Of a stretch of 64,000 nucleotides of DNA, positions 38,118 to 47,732 are shown piece after piece; the first letter of the stretch is position 1, and each line of letters opens with the position of its first letter. The position numbers and the translations under genes were made by a program. The notes below the pieces were generated by a model. It had not been told where the DNA came from. It made no database searches and saw only the letters and a list, made by a program, of their open reading frames with translations. Origin of the DNA: a virus; the IMG/VR virus record IMGVR_UViG_3300007619_000129, positions 1 to 64,000 of that record; one strand, written 5' to 3'.

Positions 38118-39347
38118 TCATCTTTTAAGTACCTGAGCAATATCGTCTATGTGGTCTGCGCCTATTATTGTTTCTCCATTTCTTGGATTTTTAGACACCA
38201 CCTTAACAAATTTAGTGGTTTGTTTTCCAGATATTCTATCTTTTACTATGACAGATTTAAAAGTGTCTTTATTGCGCCCCGTTTTAGCATTGCCCTGTAC
38301 GTCTAAAGGGACTACGTCACTCAAAACAAATTTGTTGTGATCGCCACTTGGGTTTCTACTATTTGTTTCTGATGTTATTATGTCTGAATTTGACTCATAA
38401 ATTCCAAATGATATTTGTGGAGCAGACACATATCTTCTTATCGCAATTGGATCAGCATCATTTCTTTGAGCATGAGAATATGCTGGAACCCTTACTTTAA
38501 AAACATATTTTAATACCCTTTCCTCATCTGCAAAATCGTCTGAATTATCATCACCACTAATGCTATCATCAAAATAAGCCACAAACCAATATCCCTTATC
38601 CGTTTCAAGCTGAAATGTGTTTAATTGTTCGTCATAATTTGCAAAAATTCTTTCTATCATTTGATTTAAATGCTCTCTATATTGAGACCATAAAGTTACT
38701 TCATATTCACATACAAAAAAAGTAGGAAATGGAATGGTTATTATTTCAAATATATTATTTCCCAAATTATTATTTGATAATAATTCCTCCCCAAGTCCAG
38801 GAGCATTTCTTCTTCTAGAGGCTACTCTTCCTGGCAAATTTCCTGTTTCATTAGTAGAACTTTCAAAATTATTATCACTATCAACATTGTCCTGATTTTG
38901 TATGGACAATTTATTAACAAGAGACTGATATTGTCTATCGCTTGAAGATAATCTCTTTTTTATTACAATATCTCCAACATCAGTACCCATCCCCATACCA
39001 TTATTTTCAGGTCCTACCGGAGTTTTTTGACTAATTCCAGTTCCTACTATTGATATAATTGGCAATATAAGTTGTCCATTCTCATCTCTAATTGGGTTTT
39101 TTCTCATCCGTGTAGCAAATCTCTCTCCAGAGGCAAAAACTACTGGTACCTTTCCAGATGCTCCAGAATTCTTTATTGGTGTTACGTGGATAGGAACAAC
39201 TTCATCAAACAATTTAAATAATGCTATATCAACATCCTCTATTCCAACTGGTGCCACACTAAAATCTGTTGGAATATTAAGTCCCTCATAACCAGATAAA
39301 ATTCTATTACTAAGAGGTTCTCTACCTGCTCTTCTCTGTCTCGCCAT
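38118..39347 (-). CDS. Tail terminator / sheath stabiliser (gp15-like)
   Basis: IEDVDIA, VPVVFASGER, IRDENGQLILPII, YEVTLW; located between neck and sheath genes. Confidence 0.7.
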   Translation of the reverse strand: MARQRRAGREPLSNRILSGYEGLNIPTDFSVAPVGIEDVDIALFKLFDEVVPIHVTPIKNSGASGKVPVVFASGERFATRMRKNPIRDENGQLILPIISIVGTGISQKTPVGPENNGMGMGTDVGDIVIKKRLSSSDRQYQSLVNKLSIQNQDNVDSDNNFESSTNETGNLPGRVASRRRNAPGLGEELLSNNNLGNNIFEIITIPFPTFFVCEYEVTLWSQYREHLNQMIERIFANYDEQLNTFQLETDKGYWFVAYFDDSISGDDNSDDFADEERVLKYVFKVRVPAYSHAQRNDADPIAIRRYVSAPQISFGIYESNSDIITSETNSRNPSGDHNKFVLSDVVPLDVQGNAKTGRNKDTFKSVIVKDRISGKQTTKFVKVVSKNPRNGETIIGADHIDDIAQVLKR

Positions 39348-39395
39348 ATTTATAATTATTGTTGTGTTTTGATAAGAATCAAAAATACATATTAA

Positions 39396-39740
39396 ATGAT
39401 GTCTTTATTGAAGGATTTCTTCGTCAGATTCCTTCTAAAGGTGTTTTTTAAAAATGAAAATAATGTTTTAATGGTAAAAATGATTAATTCAAGAAATTTT
39501 TTACCACTAAGAGTAATATTCAAAAGTCCAAAGAATGACAATATGTGGCAAATGCAAATATTTGATATTAATATGGAACCAAAATTAGACTATCAATATA
39601 ATACGCTCTTGGAATGCATTCTTTGCCAATTAGAAATGAACTTTAAAATAAAAGAAATCCACACAAAATCACAAGCTCACACAAGCCACTCTCAGAAGAT
39701 TTTATTTCAGAACATACTAAGACTAATCAATTATTTTTAA
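39396..39740 (+). CDS. Hypothetical protein on the opposite strand
   Basis: 114-aa ORF exactly filling the gap between two minus-strand genes. Confidence 0.55.
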   Translation: MMSLLKDFFVRFLLKVFFKNENNVLMVKMINSRNFLPLRVIFKSPKNDNMWQMQIFDINMEPKLDYQYNTLLECILCQLEMNFKIKEIHTKSQAHTSHSQKILFQNILRLINYF

Positions 39741-39746
39741 ATGGAT

Positions 39747-40124
39747 TTAGGCTACCCTTTTAGCTCCAGGGGCTACTGGCAATTCGTGCTTTGGTCCACC
39801 CTTCATTTTTTCATCCATTACTACCAATTCATCAACGATCTGATTCCACAATTTCTCTTGTTTCAAAATCCATTGCAAATTTTCAGTAGCTTTCTTTTTA
39901 ATCATAGGGTTTTTAGATCTTTGAGCTAAATAAGACATAATATTACTAACTTTTGACATTCCATCAAATACATTTTTCATAGCATTATTTAATGGCTTTT
40001 CATATCCTCTTAATTCAGGAGTTTCTAACTCTTCAATCAAAAATACTTCTCGTAAACTTCTTTTTTTACCCATAATATTATATATCTCCATCTCCATAAA
40101 AAGACGATCTTTTCGAATTGGCAT
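39747..40124 (-). CDS. Hypothetical protein (likely start ~40073, MGKKRSLRE)
   Basis: ORF directly after the neck gene. Confidence 0.6.
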   Translation of the reverse strand: MPIRKDRLFMEMEIYNIMGKKRSLREVFLIEELETPELRGYEKPLNNAMKNVFDGMSKVSNIMSYLAQRSKNPMIKKKATENLQWILKQEKLWNQIVDELVVMDEKMKGGPKHELPVAPGAKRVA

Positions 40125-40761
40125 TAGTTACACTTTTTGCCCTAGTTGAAACTTCGTCCGGTTTCTTTATTGTTTTGTCAATAACTCCTTGTTTCTCTAG
40201 ATCCCGACTATCTCCAGTAGGCCCAAGTCGATTATCAGCAAAACCCCTCTGTTGTACAAAGTCTTTTTGAACTGCATCATCATCTGAATATTTCTCATCA
40301 GTAGGTCCAAATATTTTGCTCTCAAATTGACTTTTTCTTGCCTGAACACCCTTAATCATTAATCCCATTTTATATTCAACTTGCCCATGAACAACGGTTT
40401 CTGGAACAACAGATGTAACTTCAAAAAATTTAGGTCCAAAACTAAAAAAATCACCCTCTTCTAATTTTATTTCTTTATCAATCATATCCCTTGACTGAAC
40501 ATAGCAAGTTATTTTGCTTTTATATTCAATTCCAAACCTGTTTGTTGAAGTTTCTGGACTTTCCCACTTAACAAAACACTCTATTTCCAAAGGATCATCA
40601 AAAATCTTTTCTGGACTTTCTTCATAAATTTCATGGACTTTTGTTTTTGTTACTGATATCGGGTAATAATAAATTTTCTGTCCAGCTACATCCTTAATTA
40701 GCTCTTTTACAGTATCATTAAAAAAATCAATACCTCGTGGTGTAAGAAATAATCGTGCCAT
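40078..40761 (-). CDS. Neck / head-closure protein (gp14-like)
   Basis: GQKIYYY, IYEES..K, EGDFF...FFEV. Confidence 0.75.
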   Translation of the reverse strand: MARLFLTPRGIDFFNDTVKELIKDVAGQKIYYYPISVTKTKVHEIYEESPEKIFDDPLEIECFVKWESPETSTNRFGIEYKSKITCYVQSRDMIDKEIKLEEGDFFSFGPKFFEVTSVVPETVVHGQVEYKMGLMIKGVQARKSQFESKIFGPTDEKYSDDDAVQKDFVQQRGFADNRLGPTGDSRDLEKQGVIDKTIKKPDEVSTRAKSVTNANSKRSSFYGDGDI

Positions 40762-40770
40762 TTATTATAA

Positions 40771-41940
40771 TTAGCCAGGCTTAATAAAATAACCATTAGG
40801 CATTGGCAGCAACCTAAGTTGTTTTAGCAAGTTTTCAGCTTTTGTGGCTTGTATTTCCACAATTGACTGATCTGTCAATTGATCAAGGGTTTCTCTTAGA
40901 GTTGTTATTAATTTGTCTTTGTCGTCCCTTCCACTTGATAAAAGATCTCCATAATTTAAAGTAACTTCTCCACCCGGAATTGGAATTGTATTAAATTTTC
41001 CACGAATATAACCTAAAGTTTCCATACATAACGATAAAGTATATTTTCTTATCCAATTTCTTCCCATAGAAGTAATTTCAGTATATGTCAAATTACCAAA
41101 TGGTACGTCAGAAATATTAGAAATGCCATCAATCGTATCGTCCGTATAAGAAGGGTTGAAAGGATCTGGGGGAAGCATTACACGAATCCATAATTTTTTT
41201 GTTTGTCCCTCAATAAATGTTGGCATTGGATATATTCTTATGCTTGATCCTCGTATATCATAAGAATAATTTGATCTCCTAACCCTTTGAGACAATTGCA
41301 TTTGTCCAGCCCTCAATAAATCTTCAAAAACAGGGAGAACATAAAAAATTGTCTCAGGAGTAAAGCTTTCAAAGCTAAACTCATTATTTAGATAATTAAT
41401 AGCTGAAGTTGAATCAAAAAATCTATAAGCAGCAAGAGGAGAAAAATGAAAAACTTCCATAATTCTCATTTTTCCAAAAGAACCCGTGGTTTGTGTCTGA
41501 AATAGTGCCGTTCCATCACCATTCTTCAGATCCGTTAAAAGATTATAGTCTTGTTGCCTTGAAACTAAATCAATAGAACCAGAAACATGTTGTTTATAAC
41601 CACTATATCCAGCTTCCATTGCATATGGTTCAGCTTGACGAATTAAATGATCAACACTTTCTCTAGGATATTGGTTTTGTACATTACTTCCTGTTGGTTG
41701 CCCTTTTAATAAATGAATTTGAGACTTAAATTGATATTCATTTACCAATTCGCTATATTGTAATGTAGCTTCCTCAAATGCTGCCCATATAGTCCTTTTA
41801 GGTAATGCAACAGATACAACATCATCTCCTAGCATCCGCCTAACAAACAAAACCATATTGTCAGCTTCAGTCTGAAACGCTGTATCTGCATCAAATATAC
41901 CAAATGGTGTGGGTGTAACCGTATTCGCAAATGTAACCAT
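40771..41940 (-). CDS. Neck / head-tail adaptor protein (gp13-like)
   Basis: RRMLGDDVVSV, WIRKYTL..C.E.LG.IRGKF..IPIPGGEVTLN. Confidence 0.85.
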   Translation of the reverse strand: MVTFANTVTPTPFGIFDADTAFQTEADNMVLFVRRMLGDDVVSVALPKRTIWAAFEEATLQYSELVNEYQFKSQIHLLKGQPTGSNVQNQYPRESVDHLIRQAEPYAMEAGYSGYKQHVSGSIDLVSRQQDYNLLTDLKNGDGTALFQTQTTGSFGKMRIMEVFHFSPLAAYRFFDSTSAINYLNNEFSFESFTPETIFYVLPVFEDLLRAGQMQLSQRVRRSNYSYDIRGSSIRIYPMPTFIEGQTKKLWIRVMLPPDPFNPSYTDDTIDGISNISDVPFGNLTYTEITSMGRNWIRKYTLSLCMETLGYIRGKFNTIPIPGGEVTLNYGDLLSSGRDDKDKLITTLRETLDQLTDQSIVEIQATKAENLLKQLRLLPMPNGYFIKPG

Positions 41941-42081
41941 TATGAATATAATTACATGAGATAAACTGTCTTTTTTATATTATTTATTTGATTTTTAAAA
42001 AAACGACGAGATTTACGGTTTTTGTCTTTTTTCGTATGAAACTCTAAAATCTCTTGTGAAGGTTTCTCATATAGAATGATA

Positions 42082-43107
42082 TCATACAGATGGAAGATTA
42101 GACATTAAATCTTCTGGACTCATTGATACCATACTCTTTAAAGTTCTATATGCATCTGAAACAGATGGGTGATTTGTTGCATTAACTAATCTACCTTTTG
42201 GATCAAAAGTTCTAAGTTGAGCTGAACCATCTGGCTTCTCTACCAATTGGGCTTTCCAGCCAGCAGATAAATCATATCTTATTCCCTTTCTTGCACCCGA
42301 ATCCCCAGGTACCATTTTTTCTTTCAATAAAGGTTTTGATTCAACTATTACAACTTCCATCAATTTTGTGGCTTGTTTTTTATTTAGTTTATTTTTCTGT
42401 AGTAATTTTATTACCTTTGACATTCCACTTTCAAGAAATCGAGAAGCACTTAACTTACTTTCAAACAAATTCAGACTTTTAAAAAGTCCAGTTAATTCCC
42501 ACTTTTTTACCAATTTGACGTTGTCAACCTCTTCTCTAACAATTCTCCCCAATTGCTCATCTGTAACAACGTTCTCATTCATATTTCCCATTAAAGCATC
42601 CATTTCTTCTCTTACGAGTTTTTTCAATTCCTTCTCTGTAATAGACTCTTTTTTTATATTTTTATCTTTACGCCTATAGTCTGTACCTAAAAATGATGCA
42701 GCCATTCCACTTGGCTCTTCAACTTTATATAATTCCCCATTTTTCCCCAACCTCATAAAAGTTTTAAGAGACTTATAAGCTCTTTGGGGAGTTTGAAGTT
42801 CTTCTCCATGAAAAAGTTCGCCTTTAGGATTTTTTAAGAAAACTCTATAAACCAATTTTCCATCTTCCGACATATGATCAGTCACAGCCTTATATCCACT
42901 ACCTAAATCAACTTCATCTCCCCACTTAAAATTATGTTCTTGCTGCAATTTTTTAAATGAATGTCCCTCAACATTTCCTAGTCCTGTAAATTTGCCAGAA
43001 GTGACACCACTACCATTTCCACCACCCCACGAAGCAAATCCAGGACCAAATGCAGATCCAACATGTTCTTTAATTGATTTTCTTTTCATGTCTATAAATA
43101 TAGACAC
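42082..43107 (-). CDS. Putative internal head protein with a duplicated domain and a capsid-like segment (likely start ATG 43089)
   Basis: Two DLxxGxKA...PKG...AYxxLK domains, two LxxxVREE helices, and LVKKWELTGL segment. Confidence 0.65.
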   Translation of the reverse strand: MSIFIDMKRKSIKEHVGSAFGPGFASWGGGNGSGVTSGKFTGLGNVEGHSFKKLQQEHNFKWGDEVDLGSGYKAVTDHMSEDGKLVYRVFLKNPKGELFHGEELQTPQRAYKSLKTFMRLGKNGELYKVEEPSGMAASFLGTDYRRKDKNIKKESITEKELKKLVREEMDALMGNMNENVVTDEQLGRIVREEVDNVKLVKKWELTGLFKSLNLFESKLSASRFLESGMSKVIKLLQKNKLNKKQATKLMEVVIVESKPLLKEKMVPGDSGARKGIRYDLSAGWKAQLVEKPDGSAQLRTFDPKGRLVNATNHPSVSDAYRTLKSMVSMSPEDLMSNLPSV

Positions 43108-43140
43108 TAAAACCGTTTTTTATTTTTTATATAAAAATTA

Positions 43141-43572
43141 TTATTTTCTATTAATAATTTTTTCGTTAGCCTTTTCAAGTTCACCAATTCTTTTTTTAAG
43201 ACTTTCTATTTCTATATTATTAAATTCTATAAATTTAAAATATATTTTCTTAATTTTGTCATGAAATTTTTCCGGCAAATAATCCAAAAAATCATCAAAT
43301 GACATTATTTGTCCCATAATATATACATCACTTATATTCGTGATAGACGCATGACAAAAAAAAGTAAGCCCACAAGGATGTTTAGCCTCAATTTCTACAT
43401 CAATACAATTATATATCAATGATTCTGATACTTCACTGATTAAGTTCCATGGATAATCATTTATATTTTTCGAATCTATTATAATGACATCATTTTTTTT
43501 ACCAAAAAGTGTACTAATGTGCTCAACGTTATTAACGTACCAATTATAGTGATTTTTTGATGATAATTTCAT
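43141..43572 (-). CDS. Hypothetical protein
   Basis: 143-aa ORF in the accessory operon. Confidence 0.65.
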   Translation of the reverse strand: MKLSSKNHYNWYVNNVEHISTLFGKKNDVIIIDSKNINDYPWNLISEVSESLIYNCIDVEIEAKHPCGLTFFCHASITNISDVYIMGQIMSFDDFLDYLPEKFHDKIKKIYFKFIEFNNIEIESLKKRIGELEKANEKIINRK

Positions 43573-43573
43573 T

Positions 43574-43912
43574 TTAATTTAATGTCCTAGTTGACTTATC
43601 TTCTTTAGAAGATTCCATTATTTCCCAACCAAAATCAAGAGCTTCCTGAACTTTTATTTCATACAATTCTAAAGAATCTAAATCCTCTTCAAATGTAAAA
43701 ATTTCAAATGAACTAAATTCATGATTCCAAATAACGTTATCAATAAACAAAAGTGCTTTAGCAAAATTAATCTCAAGACCTGTAATAGGAACAAAAGGCA
43801 AAAACAATTCCTTCGTCATAGATGTAAAAGTTTGTTCACTTTTGTTTTTCCCACCTTCCATGTTGTTGTCGTTCTTTATCTTTATCATTCTAAACAATAA
43901 ACATCTATACAT
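43574..43912 (-). CDS. Hypothetical protein
   Basis: 112-aa ORF with 1-bp spacing from its neighbours. Confidence 0.65.
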   Translation of the reverse strand: MYRCLLFRMIKIKNDNNMEGGKNKSEQTFTSMTKELFLPFVPITGLEINFAKALLFIDNVIWNHEFSSFEIFTFEEDLDSLELYEIKVQEALDFGWEIMESSKEDKSTRTLN

Positions 43913-43913
43913 A

Positions 43914-45599
43914 TTATATTTCCTTTTTCTTCAAAATTAAAAATGGCTCCATTTTCATTAAGTTATCAGTTCCTACCTTTTTACTTAAGTGACTCTTACT
44001 AAATCTCATATAAAACGTATCAACATGTTTAAATCCTATCGAAATAGCTATTGATTTCATTGTATCTAATATTTCATAATTTTTATGTTTTTTGCATACA
44101 TTGAATATAAAAATACCATTATCATTTAGACAATTATAAATTTTTTTCACCGTATTGAACCAATACTCATTTATAAAGTATTCATAACCATTGTTATATG
44201 CTTGTTTTTTATCATTACTATAAACTTCTTTTGAAAAATATGGCGGAGAACTCATTGCCAAATCAACATTTTCAATGGGGTTGAAATTCTCTGACCTTTC
44301 CTCTATTAAAGATGCATTTTTCAATCCAAAATCTTCAATAATTTTTTTTCCATTATTTATTGTGGTTTCCCACGGATCTACTCCAATATATTTAATATTT
44401 CCACAAGACATTGCACCCAAAAGTCTTTGATTAAATCCTGAAGAAAAATCATAAACACTTCCGCCATTCGGTAAGAATTTTTTATATATAAATTTTGCAA
44501 CAGTAGGTCTAAAATTAGACGTAACTGGAACTAATCTCATACTTCTAAATCCTTGTCTTAACATATTCCCCGTCATTGTAAATGGATGAGAAACTCCTCT
44601 ATAATAAAAGGTTATTCCCAATCTATTTTTTATTACTTTCATTAATGTTTCATCATCATTAAATGCCTCAACCATACTTCTTGATTTTTTATTATCCTCT
44701 TTAACAAAAAAGAAATGTGGAGAATAAGTTTTAAAAATAAGGTTTCCTATTGTTGAACCAGAACTTATAATTTTCTTTTCTTTGTCAAATATTGATTCAA
44801 CATCAAAATTACACAACTTTTCCCAATCCTTATCTAATTCCTCTTTTGTATAGACCGGAAAGGGAAAATATCTAGATCGAAAATAATCAAATAAAAACTC
44901 AGCAACCTCTTCTTTTTTATTTTCACTCATTTCAAATATGTTTTTAACAGTAAGAGGAATGTTTTTATATCTGATTATATAATCAGTACCATATCTTGAT
45001 AAATCATTATTGTTTCTTGTAAATTTAGTTTCTTTTTTATTCCTTTTTAAAATACTTTCTGTGTTTGCCCTCACACTTTTCTTTTTTTTTGTTATTATCA
45101 TAGGCATTTTTAGTGCATTTTTATCAAAAAATTCTACTTTTTTGCCTTCCTCCATAAACAAAATCAACTCCATTGTATAAGTGGCATGTGTTTCCTCTTT
45201 AATAAAATTAAAACCATATTTCTTATAAAATTTTATTGCTATTTCATTAATTTTTGCTACTCTAAGACGAATATTTCTTTTTTCTTTTTTTGCTTTGTCA
45301 ATTAGGGCACTTAAAAGTTTTGAGCCAACACCTTTCCCGCGCACCGCGGAATCAATCGCCATTTTTTCAAGTAAAAAATATGGTTCCTTTTTATATCTTT
45401 TCCAAATCAAATAACCCACTATATTATCATTTTCACTAATAGCATAAATAACCCTGTCTTCATTTGTTCTTTTTACAATAGAAGAACGATATATTGGTCC
45501 CATTATTTTTTGCTTTGTATACGGTTTTGTCAAGTCAATTATTTTTTGAACCGTTTGATCGTTTTTAACATTGATTTTCTCTGAAATGTCAAAATCCAT
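43914..45599 (-). CDS. GNAT acetyltransferase fused to an amino-DNA methyltransferase
   Basis: N-terminal AIDSAVRGKGVGSKLL...NEIAIKFYKKYGF; C-terminal NFRPTVAK, YDFSSGFNQRLLG, SSPPYF..EVY. Confidence 0.85.
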   Translation of the reverse strand: MDFDISEKINVKNDQTVQKIIDLTKPYTKQKIMGPIYRSSIVKRTNEDRVIYAISENDNIVGYLIWKRYKKEPYFLLEKMAIDSAVRGKGVGSKLLSALIDKAKKEKRNIRLRVAKINEIAIKFYKKYGFNFIKEETHATYTMELILFMEEGKKVEFFDKNALKMPMIITKKKKSVRANTESILKRNKKETKFTRNNNDLSRYGTDYIIRYKNIPLTVKNIFEMSENKKEEVAEFLFDYFRSRYFPFPVYTKEELDKDWEKLCNFDVESIFDKEKKIISSGSTIGNLIFKTYSPHFFFVKEDNKKSRSMVEAFNDDETLMKVIKNRLGITFYYRGVSHPFTMTGNMLRQGFRSMRLVPVTSNFRPTVAKFIYKKFLPNGGSVYDFSSGFNQRLLGAMSCGNIKYIGVDPWETTINNGKKIIEDFGLKNASLIEERSENFNPIENVDLAMSSPPYFSKEVYSNDKKQAYNNGYEYFINEYWFNTVKKIYNCLNDNGIFIFNVCKKHKNYEILDTMKSIAISIGFKHVDTFYMRFSKSHLSKKVGTDNLMKMEPFLILKKKEI

Positions 45600-45651
45600 A
45601 TTTCTATATTACCACAATTTCCCCATACTTTACAAACAAAAAGTTTTAATT

Positions 45652-46071
45652 CTACCTAACTTTAACGTACCAATTTTGTTGTTTTGATGTTTTTTTCTTA
45701 TGACAATTAGCACACAATATTTGACACTTACTTATTTCTTTTAAAACCCTTTCCCAGCACCACTTTCCAATTGCCCACGAAATATTAACTTCCTTATCAA
45801 ATAAATGATCAAATTCAAGACATACTGGATCAGACTCTCCACAAATTACACATGGGTGTTTCAAAAGATATTGATATAATAGTTTTTTTCTTTTGTTAGC
45901 ACTATTTGTAGCATAATTTATATAATATTGTTTATTATTATTATAATATTTTTTCCTTAATTTCTTAGAACAATCTTTGCACCTATGAGAATATCCATCT
46001 TTTGATGATCTGTCCTTATAAAAATTATTCATCGTTTTTATATTTTTACATTTACTACAACTTTTGTCCAT
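45652..46071 (-). CDS. HNH endonuclease
   Basis: Zn ribbon CSKC...CKDC; CVICGE...LEFDH...KCQILCANCH. Confidence 0.88.
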   Translation of the reverse strand: MDKSCSKCKNIKTMNNFYKDRSSKDGYSHRCKDCSKKLRKKYYNNNKQYYINYATNSANKRKKLLYQYLLKHPCVICGESDPVCLEFDHLFDKEVNISWAIGKWCWERVLKEISKCQILCANCHKKKTSKQQNWYVKVR

Positions 46072-46076
46072 AATTT

Positions 46077-47531
46077 TTATATTTTCTTTTCATAAAGATA
46101 ATTTCCACACCCATATATCCTATATACACCATTTTCTTCCGCAACTTGCTTTTCTGTTTTTCCTGGTTGGGCTCGAAACATAAATCTATTATATCTTATT
46201 GTACCATCTGTATACCAAAAATCTATACCAGTATCTGAAACCCATTCAAATCCACAAGACCTATACACATTGCCGTCTCCCCACCTCAAATCAGAATATG
46301 TTATTATTTTTTTATATCCCTTATCACTCATCCACTTCTCCACACTTTTCATTAATTTACTAAATCCACCTATTACCTGGACATTTAAGGCTGTTGCGAA
46401 TCTTGATATTTCAATATTGTTTTTATATTTCTTATGGTTTGGCTTTCTAAGGGCTATTGCACAAACTAATTTATTCTCATAATAAAGTCCGAAACTTATT
46501 TTAGATCTTGTATAACCCGATATATGATTCTCTTCAAAAAATAGTTTAGAAATTTTTCTATGAATTTCTCTTATTTCACATTTTCTTGCACCAATTTTTA
46601 TATCGGTTAACCCTAATTTGTTTTTTATAATTGATTTTACTATTTCGTTCTTCTCAATCCATTCATCAGAAAATATCTGAATAAGATTTATTTTTTTCTG
46701 TCTGCACAACAACATTTTATCTCTATGAGAATTTTTGTCCCAATACTTGTTTTTATTATTATTATTTTCCATATGCCAATAAAGTCCGTGATATTCAATT
46801 CCAACCATTTTATCTGGAATAAAAACATCAATTTCTTTAGGGGCAATTGATTTTCTATCACTTTGTATTGTTTTTATGCCTAATGACTTTATAAAATCTA
46901 ATACCTCCACTTCAGCCCTGGAGGTTATACAAGGATAACATTTAATACACAAAGACTTTCTCTCAAACGCTTGTAAAGTTTTTCTTTGTTCTGTACCACA
47001 CTTTTTGCAAATAATATCAAGATATTGATGTTGTCTTGAATAATATTCACTATATTTTGTTTTAACTTCAAATTCTAAACCCCTTTCCAAAAGCCTTAAT
47101 TTATACTCTTCCTCACTAAGAGACTTCTTTTTCTTAATCTTATTAATAGATTCAGGAGTATGTTTTTTCCCATAAAATCCATTTTTCTCACCATAATGAA
47201 CGTGCTTTAATATTCTTGGATCGGTTTCTTTAGTTTTGTTTTTATTCCACGCTTCAGCTTTTCCACCAATCTTGCCACCTTCTGATGACGCCTTACAAGA
47301 ATGTTCCTTACAATATTTTTTATATGTGAATCTAATATATCTTGTTTCTCTTATGCAAGACCTTTCAGCACATATCGGTCTTTTGCCATTATAAAAATAT
47401 TTGTTTGTATATTCTAATGATGATATTTTGTGTTTCCTAAGGTGATAAGAAAATTCTTTCAAATCATTAAAAATAACATTACAGATATTACAAATTATTG
47501 GTGGTTTTCTTCCTTGATATTTTATAGTCAT
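46077..47531 (-). CDS. Hef-like homing endonuclease (C2H2 finger, NUMOD3, Vsr-like nuclease, C-terminal GNAT/Mom-like domain)
   Basis: CNIC...HLRKH, NGFYGKKHT, EIDVF...IEYHGLYWH, ARKCEI...NHISG...SRFA...GGFSKL...TYSDLRW..G..Y...GF. Confidence 0.8.
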   Translation of the reverse strand: MTIKYQGRKPPIICNICNVIFNDLKEFSYHLRKHKISSLEYTNKYFYNGKRPICAERSCIRETRYIRFTYKKYCKEHSCKASSEGGKIGGKAEAWNKNKTKETDPRILKHVHYGEKNGFYGKKHTPESINKIKKKKSLSEEEYKLRLLERGLEFEVKTKYSEYYSRQHQYLDIICKKCGTEQRKTLQAFERKSLCIKCYPCITSRAEVEVLDFIKSLGIKTIQSDRKSIAPKEIDVFIPDKMVGIEYHGLYWHMENNNNKNKYWDKNSHRDKMLLCRQKKINLIQIFSDEWIEKNEIVKSIIKNKLGLTDIKIGARKCEIREIHRKISKLFFEENHISGYTRSKISFGLYYENKLVCAIALRKPNHKKYKNNIEISRFATALNVQVIGGFSKLMKSVEKWMSDKGYKKIITYSDLRWGDGNVYRSCGFEWVSDTGIDFWYTDGTIRYNRFMFRAQPGKTEKQVAEENGVYRIYGCGNYLYEKKI

Positions 47532-47681
47532 AATATTTGAAGCATATCACAAACCAGGATCTAACTCCCCGAAAGGGTGTCGGTACAAATCTCTTATTTG
47601 TTCAATGTTTACAGATATATAGACTTTTTTCTGTTGTTCTGTGAGATTTCTCACTAGTTTTACAGTGTGTAAAAATAAAAC

Positions 47682-47706
47682 AAAAAAGGGGTTTGAAAAA
47701 ACCCCT
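47682..47706 (-). terminator. Intrinsic terminator after the major capsid gene
   Basis: AGGGGTTT-loop-AAACCCCT stem followed by T6 on the minus strand. Confidence 0.85.
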
Positions 47707-47732
47707 CTCTTGTGATAGTCTATTTCTATGAT

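Noticed and set aside
45330-45362. GC-rich palindrome CCGCG-CAC-CGCGG in an AT-rich gene
   Set aside because: It coincides with the codons for the GNAT motif SAVRGKG; a 5-bp stem is not enough evidence
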